A DNA stretch of 43,219 nt from an uncultured Candidatus Saccharibacteria bacterium (GCA_964651635.1 CAZYWT010000004.1:1-43219); one strand, 5' to 3'; numbered from the stretch's first letter, positions 16,649-26,318 are shown. Made by a program: numbers and translations. The notes: generated from the sequence alone by a model not told the origin.

Positions 16649-17725
16649 ATGAAAAGAAACGAAAAAGAAACAAAAGATAACTTAAAAAGCAAGACCCCTT
16701 CGGAATTAAGATTGGATTTAGTTAGCAAGGACTGGGTGGTTATAGCCACCGGCCGAGCAAAACGGCCGGAAAGTTTTTCCGAGAAAGAAAACGAAAAAGA
16801 AAAAACATCGTCATTCGAAAAAGCGGAAAATTGTCCTTTTTGCCAAGATGTAAACAAACAAGCCCGTCCTTCTCTTGTTTTCGCTGGCGGAGAAAAATTA
16901 AAAGAATTTGAAAAAGTTCCCGAAAACTGGTCTCTTATTACCTTGTCAAACAAGTTTCCCGCCGTTACTCCGCAAAAAGACGCGCGAGAAAGAGCCGAAG
17001 GGCCTTATCAACTAATGGACGGGGTAGGGTTTCACGAAATTGTTGTTACGCGTTCCCACGAAAAAGATGTTTCGCTCCTCAAAAAAGAGAAAATTAGAGA
17101 AATTTTAGACGCTTATCAAGAAAGATATTTAGAATTTATGAACGAAAAATTTGTTAATTATATCTCTATTTTCCATAATCACGGAGAAAAGTCGGGCGCC
17201 ACATTAGAACATCCCCATTCCCAAATTATGGCTATTCCCACAACAGACCCGGATATAAGGAACAGCATAATCGGTTCGCGCCGTTATTGGAATTATCACA
17301 ATAAATGTATTCACTGCCAAATTATTGAATGGGACCGGGAAGACGGACAAAGAATTGTGTTTGAAAACGAAAAATTTATCGCTCTTTGCCCTTTTGCTTC
17401 AAAAATGGCTTTTACCGTTAGAATTTACCCCAAAGAGCATTTAAGTTATTTTGAAAGAGTAAATGAAGAGCAAAAAGACGCTCTCGCCGAAGTGTTTCAG
17501 GTGGTGACTTCCAAAATTAAAAAAGCTCTTAATTCTCCTTCTTACAATTTCTTTTTAAGAACTTCTCCCTGCGACGGAAAGGACTATTCTCATTATCACT
17601 GGCATTTTGAAATTTTGCCTCGCACTTCCATTCAAGCAGGATTTGAGTTTGGGGCGGGGATGGAAATTTCCACCATAGAGCCAGAAAAAGCGGCCGGCTA
17701 TTTAAGGGAGCAGGACACAAATTAA
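16649..17725 (+). CDS. galT: galactose-1-phosphate uridylyltransferase family (GalT / HIT superfamily) protein
   Basis: 358-aa ORF with zinc motif CPFC near the N-terminus and active-site HPHSQ (HxHxQ). Confidence 0.8.
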   Translation: MKRNEKETKDNLKSKTPSELRLDLVSKDWVVIATGRAKRPESFSEKENEKEKTSSFEKAENCPFCQDVNKQARPSLVFAGGEKLKEFEKVPENWSLITLSNKFPAVTPQKDARERAEGPYQLMDGVGFHEIVVTRSHEKDVSLLKKEKIREILDAYQERYLEFMNEKFVNYISIFHNHGEKSGATLEHPHSQIMAIPTTDPDIRNSIIGSRRYWNYHNKCIHCQIIEWDREDGQRIVFENEKFIALCPFASKMAFTVRIYPKEHLSYFERVNEEQKDALAEVFQVVTSKIKKALNSPSYNFFLRTSPCDGKDYSHYHWHFEILPRTSIQAGFEFGAGMEISTIEPEKAAGYLREQDTN

Positions 17726-17757
17726 CGCCTCGCTTCCTAAAGAGAAAAATAAAAATT

Positions 17758-18492
17758 ATGTCTAAACTAATTGCGGCAAACTGGAAAATGAATCCCTCTT
17801 CCTACCCGAAAGCGAGAAACCTTTTTGACAGGTTAAAAGAAGAAAAGCAAAAAAGGGGGGATATAAAAACGGAAATTGTAATTTGCCCCCCTTTCCCTTT
17901 TCTGCTTTTGGGCAAAAATTACGAATTTGAGTTAGGGGCTCAAAATTGTTTTTGGGAAGAAACAGGGGCTTATACCGGGGAAGTTTCTCCTAAAATGCTA
18001 AAAAGCGCGGGGGCTAACTTTGTTATAATTAACCATTCCGAGAGAAGAAAGATGTTTGGCGAAAACGGGGAAATGGCAAACAAAAAAATAAAAAAAGCTC
18101 TCAAAACAGGACTCACCCCTATTTTATGCGCGGGAGAGAACGCTAAAGAAAGAGAGGAGGGAAAAAAATTTGCGGTGGTGGAAAGGCAAATAAAAGAAGG
18201 AATAAACAGAATTAAAAACTTGGAAGAAATTATCATCGCTTACGAGCCCGTCTGGGCGATTGGCTCGGGCAAAACGCCCTCGCCCGAAGAGGTTGCTAAA
18301 ATGGCGGAATTTGTTAAAAAGGAAATGGCAAGCGAAGAGGTTTATTCTCGGTTCCTTTACGGGGGAAGCGTAAAAAAAGAAAACGCCGAAGATTATTTAA
18401 AGATAGACAAAGTAGATGGATTTCTGTTGGGGGGCGCTTCGCTAAATCCGGGAGAGTTTATGAAAATAGTTGATATTGCCGAAAAATACTGA
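17758..18492 (+). CDS. tpiA: triosephosphate isomerase
   Basis: 244-aa ORF with AANWKMN, YEPVWAIGSG and YGGSV motifs. Confidence 0.95.
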   Translation: MSKLIAANWKMNPSSYPKARNLFDRLKEEKQKRGDIKTEIVICPPFPFLLLGKNYEFELGAQNCFWEETGAYTGEVSPKMLKSAGANFVIINHSERRKMFGENGEMANKKIKKALKTGLTPILCAGENAKEREEGKKFAVVERQIKEGINRIKNLEEIIIAYEPVWAIGSGKTPSPEEVAKMAEFVKKEMASEEVYSRFLYGGSVKKENAEDYLKIDKVDGFLLGGASLNPGEFMKIVDIAEKY

Positions 18493-18521
18493 AAAATACT
18501 AAAAAATATAGGTATAAAATT

Positions 18522-19037
18522 ATGGAATTTATAAACAAAAATAATATATTATTTTACAATCCGGCCAGGGGGTATATAAAGTTTAATCAAGTTATAAACG
18601 AAGTTTTTGATTATATGAAAAAAGATAAGTCCAAGCAATATGAAGTTGTTTTGGGCTGCGATTCTTCCTCCGGAGAAAAGCCTGTTTTTCCCATTGTTTT
18701 GATTGTTCTTAGAAAAGGGGAGGGGGGCAGGTTTTTTATTACAAAAGTGAAATACGGAGAAAAAGAAAGCCAAAGATTTAAAAGTTTGCATGAAAGGATA
18801 TTGCGTGAAGTTTATCTCTCTTGCGAGTTGGGGTTAAAATTCAAAGAAGTCCTTGAAAAAAGCGCCGAAAATCTAATGAAGTTTAATTTTCAGTATATTC
18901 ACGCCGATGTTGGAAAAAATGGCAAAACAAAAGATATGGTAAAAGAAGTGGTCGGGCTTATAAAATCAAACGGATTTGAAGCGAAAATAAAACCGGAATC
19001 TTTTGCCGCTTCCGTTGTTGCCGACAGATTCACATAA
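18522..19037 (+). CDS. DUF458 / YkuK-like RNase H-fold protein (tentative)
   Basis: 171-aa ORF. The pattern VLGCDS ... IHADVG recalls the YkuK family. Assigned from memory only. Confidence 0.45.
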   Translation: MEFINKNNILFYNPARGYIKFNQVINEVFDYMKKDKSKQYEVVLGCDSSSGEKPVFPIVLIVLRKGEGGRFFITKVKYGEKESQRFKSLHERILREVYLSCELGLKFKEVLEKSAENLMKFNFQYIHADVGKNGKTKDMVKEVVGLIKSNGFEAKIKPESFAASVVADRFT

Positions 19038-19054
19038 TAGGTAAGGTAGAAAAT

Positions 19055-20815
19055 ATGGATTCAAAAAAATTTAGACAAAAATTTTTAGAATTTTTCAAGG
19101 AAAAGGGACATAAAATTATTCCTTCCGCTTCTCTTTTGCCAAAAGACGACCCTTCTTTGCTTTTTACAAACGCCGGAATGAGCCCGCTCGTTCCGTATTT
19201 ATTGGGACAGCCGCATCCTTTGGGGCAAAGGTTGGTTAACTCTCAAAAATGCGTTAGAACATCCGATATTGAAGAAGTGGGAGACAATATCCATTTAACT
19301 TTTTTTGAAATGCTCGGCAATTGGTCACTGGGGGATTATTTTAAGAAAGAAGCGATAGAGTGGAGTTTTGAATTTTTAACGGAAAAAATCGGAGTTTCTC
19401 CGGACAATCTTGCTGTTAGCGTGTTTCGGGGAGATAAAAACGCTCCCAAAGACGAAGAGTCGGCTTCCATTTGGTTTAATTGCGGAATTCCCAGCGAACG
19501 CCTCGCTTATTTAGGAAAAAAAGACAATTGGTGGGGACCGGCCGGAGAAACGGGACCTTGCGGACCAGACACCGAGATATTTTATTGGTCGGGAAAACCT
19601 CCCGCTCCAAAAAAGTTTGAGCCCCAAGACGAAAGATGGGTGGAAATTTGGAACGATGTTTTTATGGAATACGCTAAAGATAAAGATGGAAATTTTTTAC
19701 CTCTTTCTCAAAAAAATGTGGATACTGGTTTGGGGTTAGAAAGAACAGTCGCCGTCTTAAACGGGCAATCCTCCGTTTTTCAAACGGATTTGTTTTTGCC
19801 TTTTATAAAAAGAATAAAAGAGAAAGCGGGAAAAGAAGGAGGGGAGATAACAAAAGAAGAAAGGATTATAGCCGACCATATAAAAGCGGCTGTTTTTATT
19901 CTATCGGAAGGGATAAAGCCCTCCAACACGGAAAGGGGATATGTTCTTCGCCGTCTTATAAGACGAGCCATTCGCTCCGCTAAAAAGAGTGGCTTGGAAG
20001 AAAATTTCTTGGCGGATTTAGCCGAAATAGTTTTTAATATATATAACTGGGTTTATCCAGAGCTTGTAAAGAGTAGGGAAACGATAATTTCGGAACTTCA
20101 AAAAGAAGCGAAAATTTTTGGAGACGCCCTAAAGGAAGGTATGAAAGAGTTAAACAAAATGCTAACGGGAGATATTGGCGGAAAAGACGCTTTTTATCTA
20201 TACCAAAGTTTTGGTTTTCCGCTGGAACTCACCGAAGAAATAGCTCGGGAGTCGGGTTTTAATGTTGATAAACAAGGGTTTAAGAGAGAAATGGAAAAAC
20301 ATAAAAGCCGTTCTCAAAGCGGCTCTAATGGAGCGTTTAAGGCGGGGTTGGCTGATAATTCTCAAAAAACAATTGCTTATCATACCGCCACTCATCTTCT
20401 ACACAGCGCCCTTCGGAAGGTTTTAGGCGAGAGCGTAGAACAAAGAGGTTCTAACATTACGGCGGAAAGATTAAGGTTTGATTTTTCGTTCCCTCGCAAA
20501 CTTTCCCAAGAAGAAATAAAAAAAATAGAGGATTTGATAAATAAAAAAATTGAAGAAAATTTAGTTGTGGAGAAAAAAGAAATACCCAAAGAAAAAGCGT
20601 TAAAATCGGGAGCGCTTTCTTTTTTCAAAGAAAAATATCCCGATATAGTTTCCGTTTATACGATTTATAATCCGAAAACGGGAGAGGTTTTCTCAAAAGA
20701 AATATGCGGAGGACCTCACAAAAAATCAATTGGAGATTTGGGAAAATTGAGCGTAACAAAAGAAAAGTCCTCCAGTGAGGGGGTGAGGCGGATAAAAGCA
20801 ATCTTGTTGAAATAA
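19055..20815 (+). CDS. alaS: alanine--tRNA ligase, compact form lacking the C-Ala domain
   Basis: 586-aa ORF. N-terminal FRQKFLEFFKEKGH and FTNAGM class II motifs. Editing-domain HTATHLLH and CGGPH motifs lie near the C-terminus. Confidence 0.92.
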   Translation: MDSKKFRQKFLEFFKEKGHKIIPSASLLPKDDPSLLFTNAGMSPLVPYLLGQPHPLGQRLVNSQKCVRTSDIEEVGDNIHLTFFEMLGNWSLGDYFKKEAIEWSFEFLTEKIGVSPDNLAVSVFRGDKNAPKDEESASIWFNCGIPSERLAYLGKKDNWWGPAGETGPCGPDTEIFYWSGKPPAPKKFEPQDERWVEIWNDVFMEYAKDKDGNFLPLSQKNVDTGLGLERTVAVLNGQSSVFQTDLFLPFIKRIKEKAGKEGGEITKEERIIADHIKAAVFILSEGIKPSNTERGYVLRRLIRRAIRSAKKSGLEENFLADLAEIVFNIYNWVYPELVKSRETIISELQKEAKIFGDALKEGMKELNKMLTGDIGGKDAFYLYQSFGFPLELTEEIARESGFNVDKQGFKREMEKHKSRSQSGSNGAFKAGLADNSQKTIAYHTATHLLHSALRKVLGESVEQRGSNITAERLRFDFSFPRKLSQEEIKKIEDLINKKIEENLVVEKKEIPKEKALKSGALSFFKEKYPDIVSVYTIYNPKTGEVFSKEICGGPHKKSIGDLGKLSVTKEKSSSEGVRRIKAILLK

Positions 20816-20915
20816 GGGGTTGTTATAAAACGCCATAACAACACCATAACAAAATCAGACGATTATCCGTTTGTTATGGATTTATATTTTGCCCCGATAT
20901 TACATTGGGACAAGG
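20816..20915 (+). repeat. repeat-family fragment (copy E)
   Basis: GTTGTTAT...ATAACAAC hairpin, then CCATAACAAA-atcagacgattatccg-TTTGTTATGGATTTAT and GCCCCGATATTACATTGGGAC. These match modules of copy D and of copies A-C. Confidence 0.8.
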
Positions 20916-21015
20916 GAGTGAAGAGGAGTAAAAAACAATAAATAAAAATCAGAATTATATCTTGGTTTTTATATTTTATCTCTTGTGTTATAATAAATTT
21001 GTAATTGGAAATAAT

Positions 21016-22302
21016 ATGAAACGCATTATAGATATTGCTTCGCCGGAAAAGTTTATAAACAATAGCGACGAAAAGGTGAAAAGTTTTTTTAAGAAAAAAA
21101 ACAAGATGCCCAAAAGCAAAAAACCCAAGAAAGAAAAGAGGGGAAAAAGTTTGGTTAAAAAATTTTTTATAGAATTTTTGATTTTAATTTTTTTGGGCGG
21201 AGCCTTTTGGGTGGGTTCTTTAATTTTTTCAAACGCCGAGATTCTCATAACCTTAAAAACGGAGAAAAAAGAATTTTCCGAAATAATAAAAATTAGTGTG
21301 AACCAAGATTTATTAAATATAGAAGAGAGGGCGTTGTCTGGAAGATTTTTTGAAACTTCCGCGGAGAAAACGGAAATATACCAAACAAAAAACAAGGAGG
21401 AAAAAATAACCAAAGCCGGCGGAGAAATCATTGTTTATAACGCCGCCGAGCCGCCGCGCTCGGTTCATTTAGTGGAAAACACTCGTTTTCTTTCTTCGGA
21501 AAAAGGGAAAATTTTCAGAGCCACCGAAAAAATTTATCTTCCCCCGGCTTCTTATTCCGAGGGAGAATTAATTCCTTCTTCTAAAAAAGTTTCCGTGGCG
21601 GCTCAAGAAGGAGGAGAGGAATATAACATCGGTCCTTCCAATTTTTCTGTGCCCGGCCTATCCGGAACAAATCTTTATTACACGATTTGGGCGGAATCGC
21701 AATCGGCTATGAGGGGAGGCGACATAAAAGAGAATGCTATCGTAAAAGCGAATGATTTGGAAGCGGCTCGGGATAACCTTAAAAAAAGTTTAATAGATAA
21801 ATCCTATAATTTATTGACAGAGAAAATATCAAGCGGCTATTTACTGGAGAAAGAGGCGATTTTTGTAAAAAACTTTGATTATTCTTGCTCGGCAAAAGAA
21901 GGGGAAATGGCGGAAACATTTGAATGCAGCGGAAATATATCCGTTCAAGCGCTTGCTTTTTCTTCCAAAGACATAAAAGAATTAGCCGAAAATATTGTAA
22001 CCGCCGAACTGCCTTCGGAAAAAAGATTAGTAAAGGGGGGATTGGAATATGATTTTGCGAAGAAAAACTTAAATCCAGAAGAAGGGGAGGGGAGATTTGA
22101 GTTTAATCTTACCGCCAAAATTTACAGGGAACTCCAAGAAGCAACAATAAAAAATCAAGTTGCGGGAATGAAAGCAAAAGAAGCCAAAAATTTTATTTTT
22201 GAAAATTATGAGCAAGTAGAAAAGGTGGAAATCAGATTAAAGCCGTTTTGGGTGAAAAAGTTGCCAAAAAGCGAAAATATATCGGTCTCCTTGACTTTTT
22301 AA
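21016..22302 (+). CDS. hypothetical membrane-anchored protein
   Basis: The track ORF starts at 20962. ATG at 21016 (MKRIIDIASPEKF) is the more plausible start. One TM helix (FFIEFLILIFLGGAFWVGSLIF) precedes a large extracytoplasmic domain. No recognisable family. Confidence 0.6.
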   Translation: MKRIIDIASPEKFINNSDEKVKSFFKKKNKMPKSKKPKKEKRGKSLVKKFFIEFLILIFLGGAFWVGSLIFSNAEILITLKTEKKEFSEIIKISVNQDLLNIEERALSGRFFETSAEKTEIYQTKNKEEKITKAGGEIIVYNAAEPPRSVHLVENTRFLSSEKGKIFRATEKIYLPPASYSEGELIPSSKKVSVAAQEGGEEYNIGPSNFSVPGLSGTNLYYTIWAESQSAMRGGDIKENAIVKANDLEAARDNLKKSLIDKSYNLLTEKISSGYLLEKEAIFVKNFDYSCSAKEGEMAETFECSGNISVQALAFSSKDIKELAENIVTAELPSEKRLVKGGLEYDFAKKNLNPEEGEGRFEFNLTAKIYRELQEATIKNQVAGMKAKEAKNFIFENYEQVEKVEIRLKPFWVKKLPKSENISVSLTF

Positions 22303-22310
22303 GAGGTATT

Positions 22311-22640
22311 ATGGGTATTTCTAAAAAGGAAAAACAATCTATAGATGAATTTAAGGAAAAGTTGATAAAAAACTTAAGTAATAATTTTGTAAAATTAATA
22401 CTTTTTGGTTCTAAAGCGCGAGGGGATTCGAATAAATATTCTGATATAGACATACTTTTAATTTTAAAAAATTCCAGCGAGAAGGATAAAAACAAAGTTT
22501 ATAATATAGTAGGAGAAATATTGTTAAAATACGGCGTATATTTATCTGTAAAAATATTCTCCCAAAAAGAATATGAAAAACTAAATAAAATCCCTTCTGT
22601 TTTTATGCAGGTAATAAAACGGGAATCAATTGTATTATGA
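22311..22640 (+). CDS. minimal nucleotidyltransferase (MNT-type antitoxin-like)
   Basis: GS.ARGD...SDIDIL motif (LFGSKARGDSNKYSDIDILLIL). AAGAGG Shine-Dalgarno before the ATG at 22311. ATGA overlap with the downstream HEPN gene. Confidence 0.85.
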   Translation: MGISKKEKQSIDEFKEKLIKNLSNNFVKLILFGSKARGDSNKYSDIDILLILKNSSEKDKNKVYNIVGEILLKYGVYLSVKIFSQKEYEKLNKIPSVFMQVIKRESIVL

Positions 22641-23002
22641 TAAGTTATCCCAATGTAGAACCCTCCAAAGAGGAGATAAAAAAACATATTGAATTAGCCA
22701 AAAAAAGGATTCATTCCGCAGAAATCTTGAGAAATGAAAAAGAATATAGAGATGCTGTTTCCAGGGCTTATTATGCTTTTTTCGACGCTGCTTCCGCTTT
22801 ATTATTAACAGAAGGATTGGTCGCTAAAACGCATGCGGGGTTAATAACATTATTTAGTTTACATTTTATTAAAAAAGGAAGAATAAAATCAAAATTTGCT
22901 ACATTTTTCAAAAGAGCTAAAGAGGCAAGAGAGGAAGCTGATTATGAAATATATAAAAATTTTACTCGGAAAGAGACGGAAAGAGACGGGAAGAATTATT
23001 AA
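22637..23002 (+). CDS. HEPN-domain protein, C-terminally truncated by a 10-bp tandem duplication
   Basis: 121-aa ORF with AKEAREEADYE HEPN-type motif. CGGAAAGAGA is duplicated at 22967-22986. Removing one copy extends the ORF to 23057 with a helical tail. Confidence 0.8.
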   Translation: MISYPNVEPSKEEIKKHIELAKKRIHSAEILRNEKEYRDAVSRAYYAFFDAASALLLTEGLVAKTHAGLITLFSLHFIKKGRIKSKFATFFKRAKEAREEADYEIYKNFTRKETERDGKNY

Positions 23003-23091
23003 AGAAGCGAAAGATTTTATTTCTGAAGTAGAGAAGACAATATCCTTGACTTTTTAAGAGAGCTTTGCTACCTTGTTAATAAGAGTTAAAA

Positions 23092-23307
23092 ATGAAACAA
23101 GACAAAATTAAAGAAAAAGGAGAAGTGCTTGAAGCTCTTCCGGGTCTTTTATTTAAGGTAAAATTAGAATCCGGCGAAGAAACTCTGGGATATTTAGGCG
23201 GAAAAATGAAAATGTTTAAGATAAAAATAGTGCCGAGAGACAAGGTGTTGGTAGAGAGAAGTCCTTACGATAAAAATAGGGGAAGGATAGTTTATAGATT
23301 AAAGTAA
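23092..23307 (+). CDS. infA: translation initiation factor IF-1
   Basis: 71-aa S1-like ORF ([21 protein letters not shown]...). Confidence 0.93.
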   Translation: MKQDKIKEKGEVLEALPGLLFKVKLESGEETLGYLGGKMKMFKIKIVPRDKVLVERSPYDKNRGRIVYRLK

Positions 23308-23312
23308 TAATT

Positions 23313-23429
23313 ATGAAAGTTAGACCTTCCATAAAAAAAATTTGTAAAAAGTGCAAAATAATAAAAAGGAACGGAAAGTTAAGAGTAATATGTTCCAATC
23401 CCCGACATAAACAAAGACAGGGGAAATAA
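23313..23429 (+). CDS. rpmJ: 50S ribosomal protein L36 (bL36)
   Basis: Not in the ORF track (38 aa). Translation is [38 protein letters not shown] with the zinc motif CxxC...C...H. Confidence 0.93.
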   Translation: MKVRPSIKKICKKCKIIKRNGKLRVICSNPRHKQRQGK

Positions 23430-23437
23430 TTTTGATT

Positions 23438-23827
23438 ATGCCAAGAATTGCGGGAACGGATATTCCCGAAAACAAACATATAGTTGTGGGGTTGACCTCT
23501 GTGTATGGAATAGGGAATTCTTCGGCTAAAAAAATTTTAGAAAACGCCAAAGTGACTCGTTATAAAAAAGCCAAAGATTTAACGGAAAAAGAATTAGCTT
23601 CAATAAGGGGAGAGATAGAAAAAAAATATAAAGTTGAGGGGGATTTAAGAAGAGAAGTAATGCAAAATATTAAAAGATTAAAGGATATAAAATGTTGGAG
23701 AGGGGAGAGGCACAAAAGAAAACTTCCCGTTAGAGGACAAAAAACGAAGAAAAATTCCCGAACAATCAGAGGAAATGTAAAGAAAACAGTTAGTTCCGGT
23801 AAAAAAGCCGCTCCAGCCCCCAAATAA
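23438..23827 (+). CDS. rpsM: 30S ribosomal protein S13 (uS13)
   Basis: The track ORF starts at TTG 23432. ATG at 23438 gives the canonical [10 protein letters not shown] start. Confidence 0.95.
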   Translation: MPRIAGTDIPENKHIVVGLTSVYGIGNSSAKKILENAKVTRYKKAKDLTEKELASIRGEIEKKYKVEGDLRREVMQNIKRLKDIKCWRGERHKRKLPVRGQKTKKNSRTIRGNVKKTVSSGKKAAPAPK

Positions 23828-23841
23828 TAATTAAATAAATT

Positions 23842-24294
23842 ATGGGAAAAAAAAGAGTTGCCCAAAAAACAGAAAAGGAGTTAATAGGAGAAAAAGATAA
23901 AATAGAGAAAAAACTCCAAAAGCAGTTTTCCGCAAAAGCTTCTCGTGGCAGAAAAGAGGCGCGAGTTTATATATACTCCACTTATAACAACACGATTATA
24001 ACTCTCACCGATATAAACGGAGACACACTGTTTTGGAGAACGGCCGGCAATATTGGTTTTAGAGGAACAAAGAAAGGCACTTCCTACGCTTCATCCAAAG
24101 TTGCCGAAGCCATAGCCATTGTTTGCCAAAAAATGGGGCTGGAAAAATTGGACGCTTTTGTGAAAGGCGTGGGGGGAGGCAGAGACGCGGCTCTTAAAAC
24201 ATTGGCGGGAGCCGGCCTGGAAATTAAAAGTATTAAAGATATAACTCCAATTCCTCACAACGGATGTCGTCCGCCGAAGAAAAGGAGAACATAA
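23842..24294 (+). CDS. rpsK: 30S ribosomal protein S11 (uS11) with short N-terminal extension
   Basis: 150-aa ORF with core IYSTYNNTIITLTD...GFRGTKKGTSYA and C-terminal PHNGCRPPKKRR. Confidence 0.95.
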   Translation: MGKKRVAQKTEKELIGEKDKIEKKLQKQFSAKASRGRKEARVYIYSTYNNTIITLTDINGDTLFWRTAGNIGFRGTKKGTSYASSKVAEAIAIVCQKMGLEKLDAFVKGVGGGRDAALKTLAGAGLEIKSIKDITPIPHNGCRPPKKRRT

Positions 24295-24303
24295 ATATAA
24301 ATT

Positions 24304-24933
24304 ATGAAAGAAAATAGTTGTAAAAAATGCAGAAGAGCCAGACAAAAACTTTTCCTAAAAGGAGAAAAATGTTTTTCGCCTAAATGTCCCTTAATAAGAA
24401 AACCTTACGCTCCGGGAGAACAAAACAAAAAAAGAAGAAGTAAAATGTCAGAATATGGCAAGGAACTTATGGAAAAGCAAAAAATGAGAAGGTGGTATGG
24501 ACTTTCCGAAAGGCAGTTTAAGAAATATGTGGAAACCATAATGTCCAGAGGCGGCGAAATTGAAGATGCCGGGCTGGCTTTAATAAAACTTTTAGAAAAA
24601 CGGTTAGATAATGTGGTTTTTAGATTAGGGCTTGCTCCTTCGCGCAGGCAAGCTCGCCAAATAGTGAGCCACTCTCATTTTAGAGTGAACGGAAAAGCGG
24701 TAAATATCCCTTCTTACCAAGTGAGCGCGGGAGACAAAATAGAAGTGAAAGAAACAAAAAAAGATAAAAAATATTATAAAAATCTTGCTTTGTCCTTAAA
24801 AAAGGTTAATACACCCTCGTGGCTAAAATTAAATCCGGAAAAAATATCCGGAGAAATCACGGGAGAGCCGAGTTTTGAAGATTCCGGCGCGCCGGTAGAG
24901 GTTTCTTCCGTATTTGAGTTATACTCAAGATAA
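24304..24933 (+). CDS. rpsD: 30S ribosomal protein S4 (uS4), zinc-motif form
   Basis: 209-aa ORF with N-terminal CKKCRR...C..KC. The S4 domain is LDNVVFRLGLAPSRRQARQIVSH. Confidence 0.95.
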   Translation: MKENSCKKCRRARQKLFLKGEKCFSPKCPLIRKPYAPGEQNKKRRSKMSEYGKELMEKQKMRRWYGLSERQFKKYVETIMSRGGEIEDAGLALIKLLEKRLDNVVFRLGLAPSRRQARQIVSHSHFRVNGKAVNIPSYQVSAGDKIEVKETKKDKKYYKNLALSLKKVNTPSWLKLNPEKISGEITGEPSFEDSGAPVEVSSVFELYSR

Positions 24934-24956
24934 TAAATAAAATATAAAATAAAAAT

Positions 24957-25934
24957 ATGATTCCCTTGCCAAACGCTCCAAAAATAATAAAAAAAGAAAA
25001 TAATTTTGCCGTTGTGGAAATTTCTCCTTGTTGGCCCGGTTACAGCGCAACACTGGCAAATAGTTTCCGCAGAGTTTTGCTTTCTTCTTTGGAAGGAGCG
25101 GCGATTACTCAAATTAAAGTAAATGGCGCCGGTCATGAATTTGCTTCTCTAAATGGCGTCTTGGAGGATATAGTGGTGATAATGCTAAACCTTAAAAAAA
25201 TACGACTAAAATCTCGCAGTGAAGAGCCGCAACTTATCACTCTAAAAGTTAAGGGAGAGAAAAAGGTTAAAGCAGGCGATTTTAAGATGGGACCTTATGT
25301 AGAAATTGCCAATCCTGAACTTCATATCGCGACCCTCACCGACAAGAACGCCCAACTGGAAATGGAAGCGGTGGTGGAGACGGGCTCCGGCTACGAAACC
25401 GCCGAAGAGAAAAAAGAAGGAAAATCAGAAGTGGGAGTTGTCCATTTGGACGCTATTTACACTCCCGTGAAAAAAGTAAGTTTCAAAACAGAAAATGTGA
25501 GAGTGGGAAAGAAGACGAACTTTGAGAAAATTTTATTAAACATAGAAACAGACGGAACAATAACTCCGCAAGAAGCGTTCTTGGAAGCAAATAAAATTTT
25601 GTTTAATCATTTTTCTGTTTTATCTAAATTTAGCGAAGAAGAAAAGAAAAAAGAAACCAAAGATTCTTCCAAAAAAGAACAAAAAAAGGGAAAAAAGCGG
25701 GAAGACAAAGAAAAGAACAAGCAAAAGCAAAAAAACCCCAAAAAAGTAAATGTGGAAGATATGAAAATTTCCGAAAGAACTAAAAATATCTTGGAAAAAG
25801 GAGAAGTAAAATCAGTCGGGGGATTAACAAAAAAGTCCGAAGAAGATTTACTTAACATAGAAGGATTTGGCGACTCTTCTTTGGAAGAGGTTAAAAAAGC
25901 GCTCAAATCGTTAGATTTGTCCTTAAGGGAATAA
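24957..25934 (+). CDS. rpoA: DNA-directed RNA polymerase alpha subunit with Lys/Glu-rich interdomain insertion
   Basis: 325-aa ORF. The NTD (GYSATLANSFRRVLLSSLEG) and a CTD HhH-like segment are separated by a K/E low-complexity linker. Confidence 0.92.
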   Translation: MIPLPNAPKIIKKENNFAVVEISPCWPGYSATLANSFRRVLLSSLEGAAITQIKVNGAGHEFASLNGVLEDIVVIMLNLKKIRLKSRSEEPQLITLKVKGEKKVKAGDFKMGPYVEIANPELHIATLTDKNAQLEMEAVVETGSGYETAEEKKEGKSEVGVVHLDAIYTPVKKVSFKTENVRVGKKTNFEKILLNIETDGTITPQEAFLEANKILFNHFSVLSKFSEEEKKKETKDSSKKEQKKGKKREDKEKNKQKQKNPKKVNVEDMKISERTKNILEKGEVKSVGGLTKKSEEDLLNIEGFGDSSLEEVKKALKSLDLSLRE

Positions 25935-25940
25935 ATTTTT

Positions 25941-26300
25941 ATGAGAAAAAGGATTAAAAAAATAAAGTTTTCCCGTTCGGCTTCGCAAAGAAAAGCCCTA
26001 CTTGTTAGTTTGGCGACGGACTTGTTTTTGAGAGAAAGAATTAAAACCACGGAAACAAAAGCCAAAGCGTTAAAAAGGTTTGCCGAAAAAATGATAACAA
26101 AAGCCAAAAAAGGCGATTTGGCTTCTCGCCGATTGCTTTTGAAAAAGTTTAACGAAAGAGTAGTAAAGAAACTTGTAGAAAATATAGGTTCTCGGTTTAA
26201 GGACAGGAAGGGGGGCTACACAAGAATTGTAAAATTGGGAGAAAGAGAAGGAGACGCCGCTCGGATGGCTATAATAGAGTTGCTTTCCGAAGAAAAATAA
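25941..26300 (+). CDS. rplQ: 50S ribosomal protein L17 (bL17)
   Basis: 119-aa ORF with LFLRERIKTTETKAK and GGYTRIVKLG motifs. Confidence 0.93.
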   Translation: MRKRIKKIKFSRSASQRKALLVSLATDLFLRERIKTTETKAKALKRFAEKMITKAKKGDLASRRLLLKKFNERVVKKLVENIGSRFKDRKGGYTRIVKLGEREGDAARMAIIELLSEEK

Positions 26301-26318
26301 TTTTTATTAGTTTATTTT

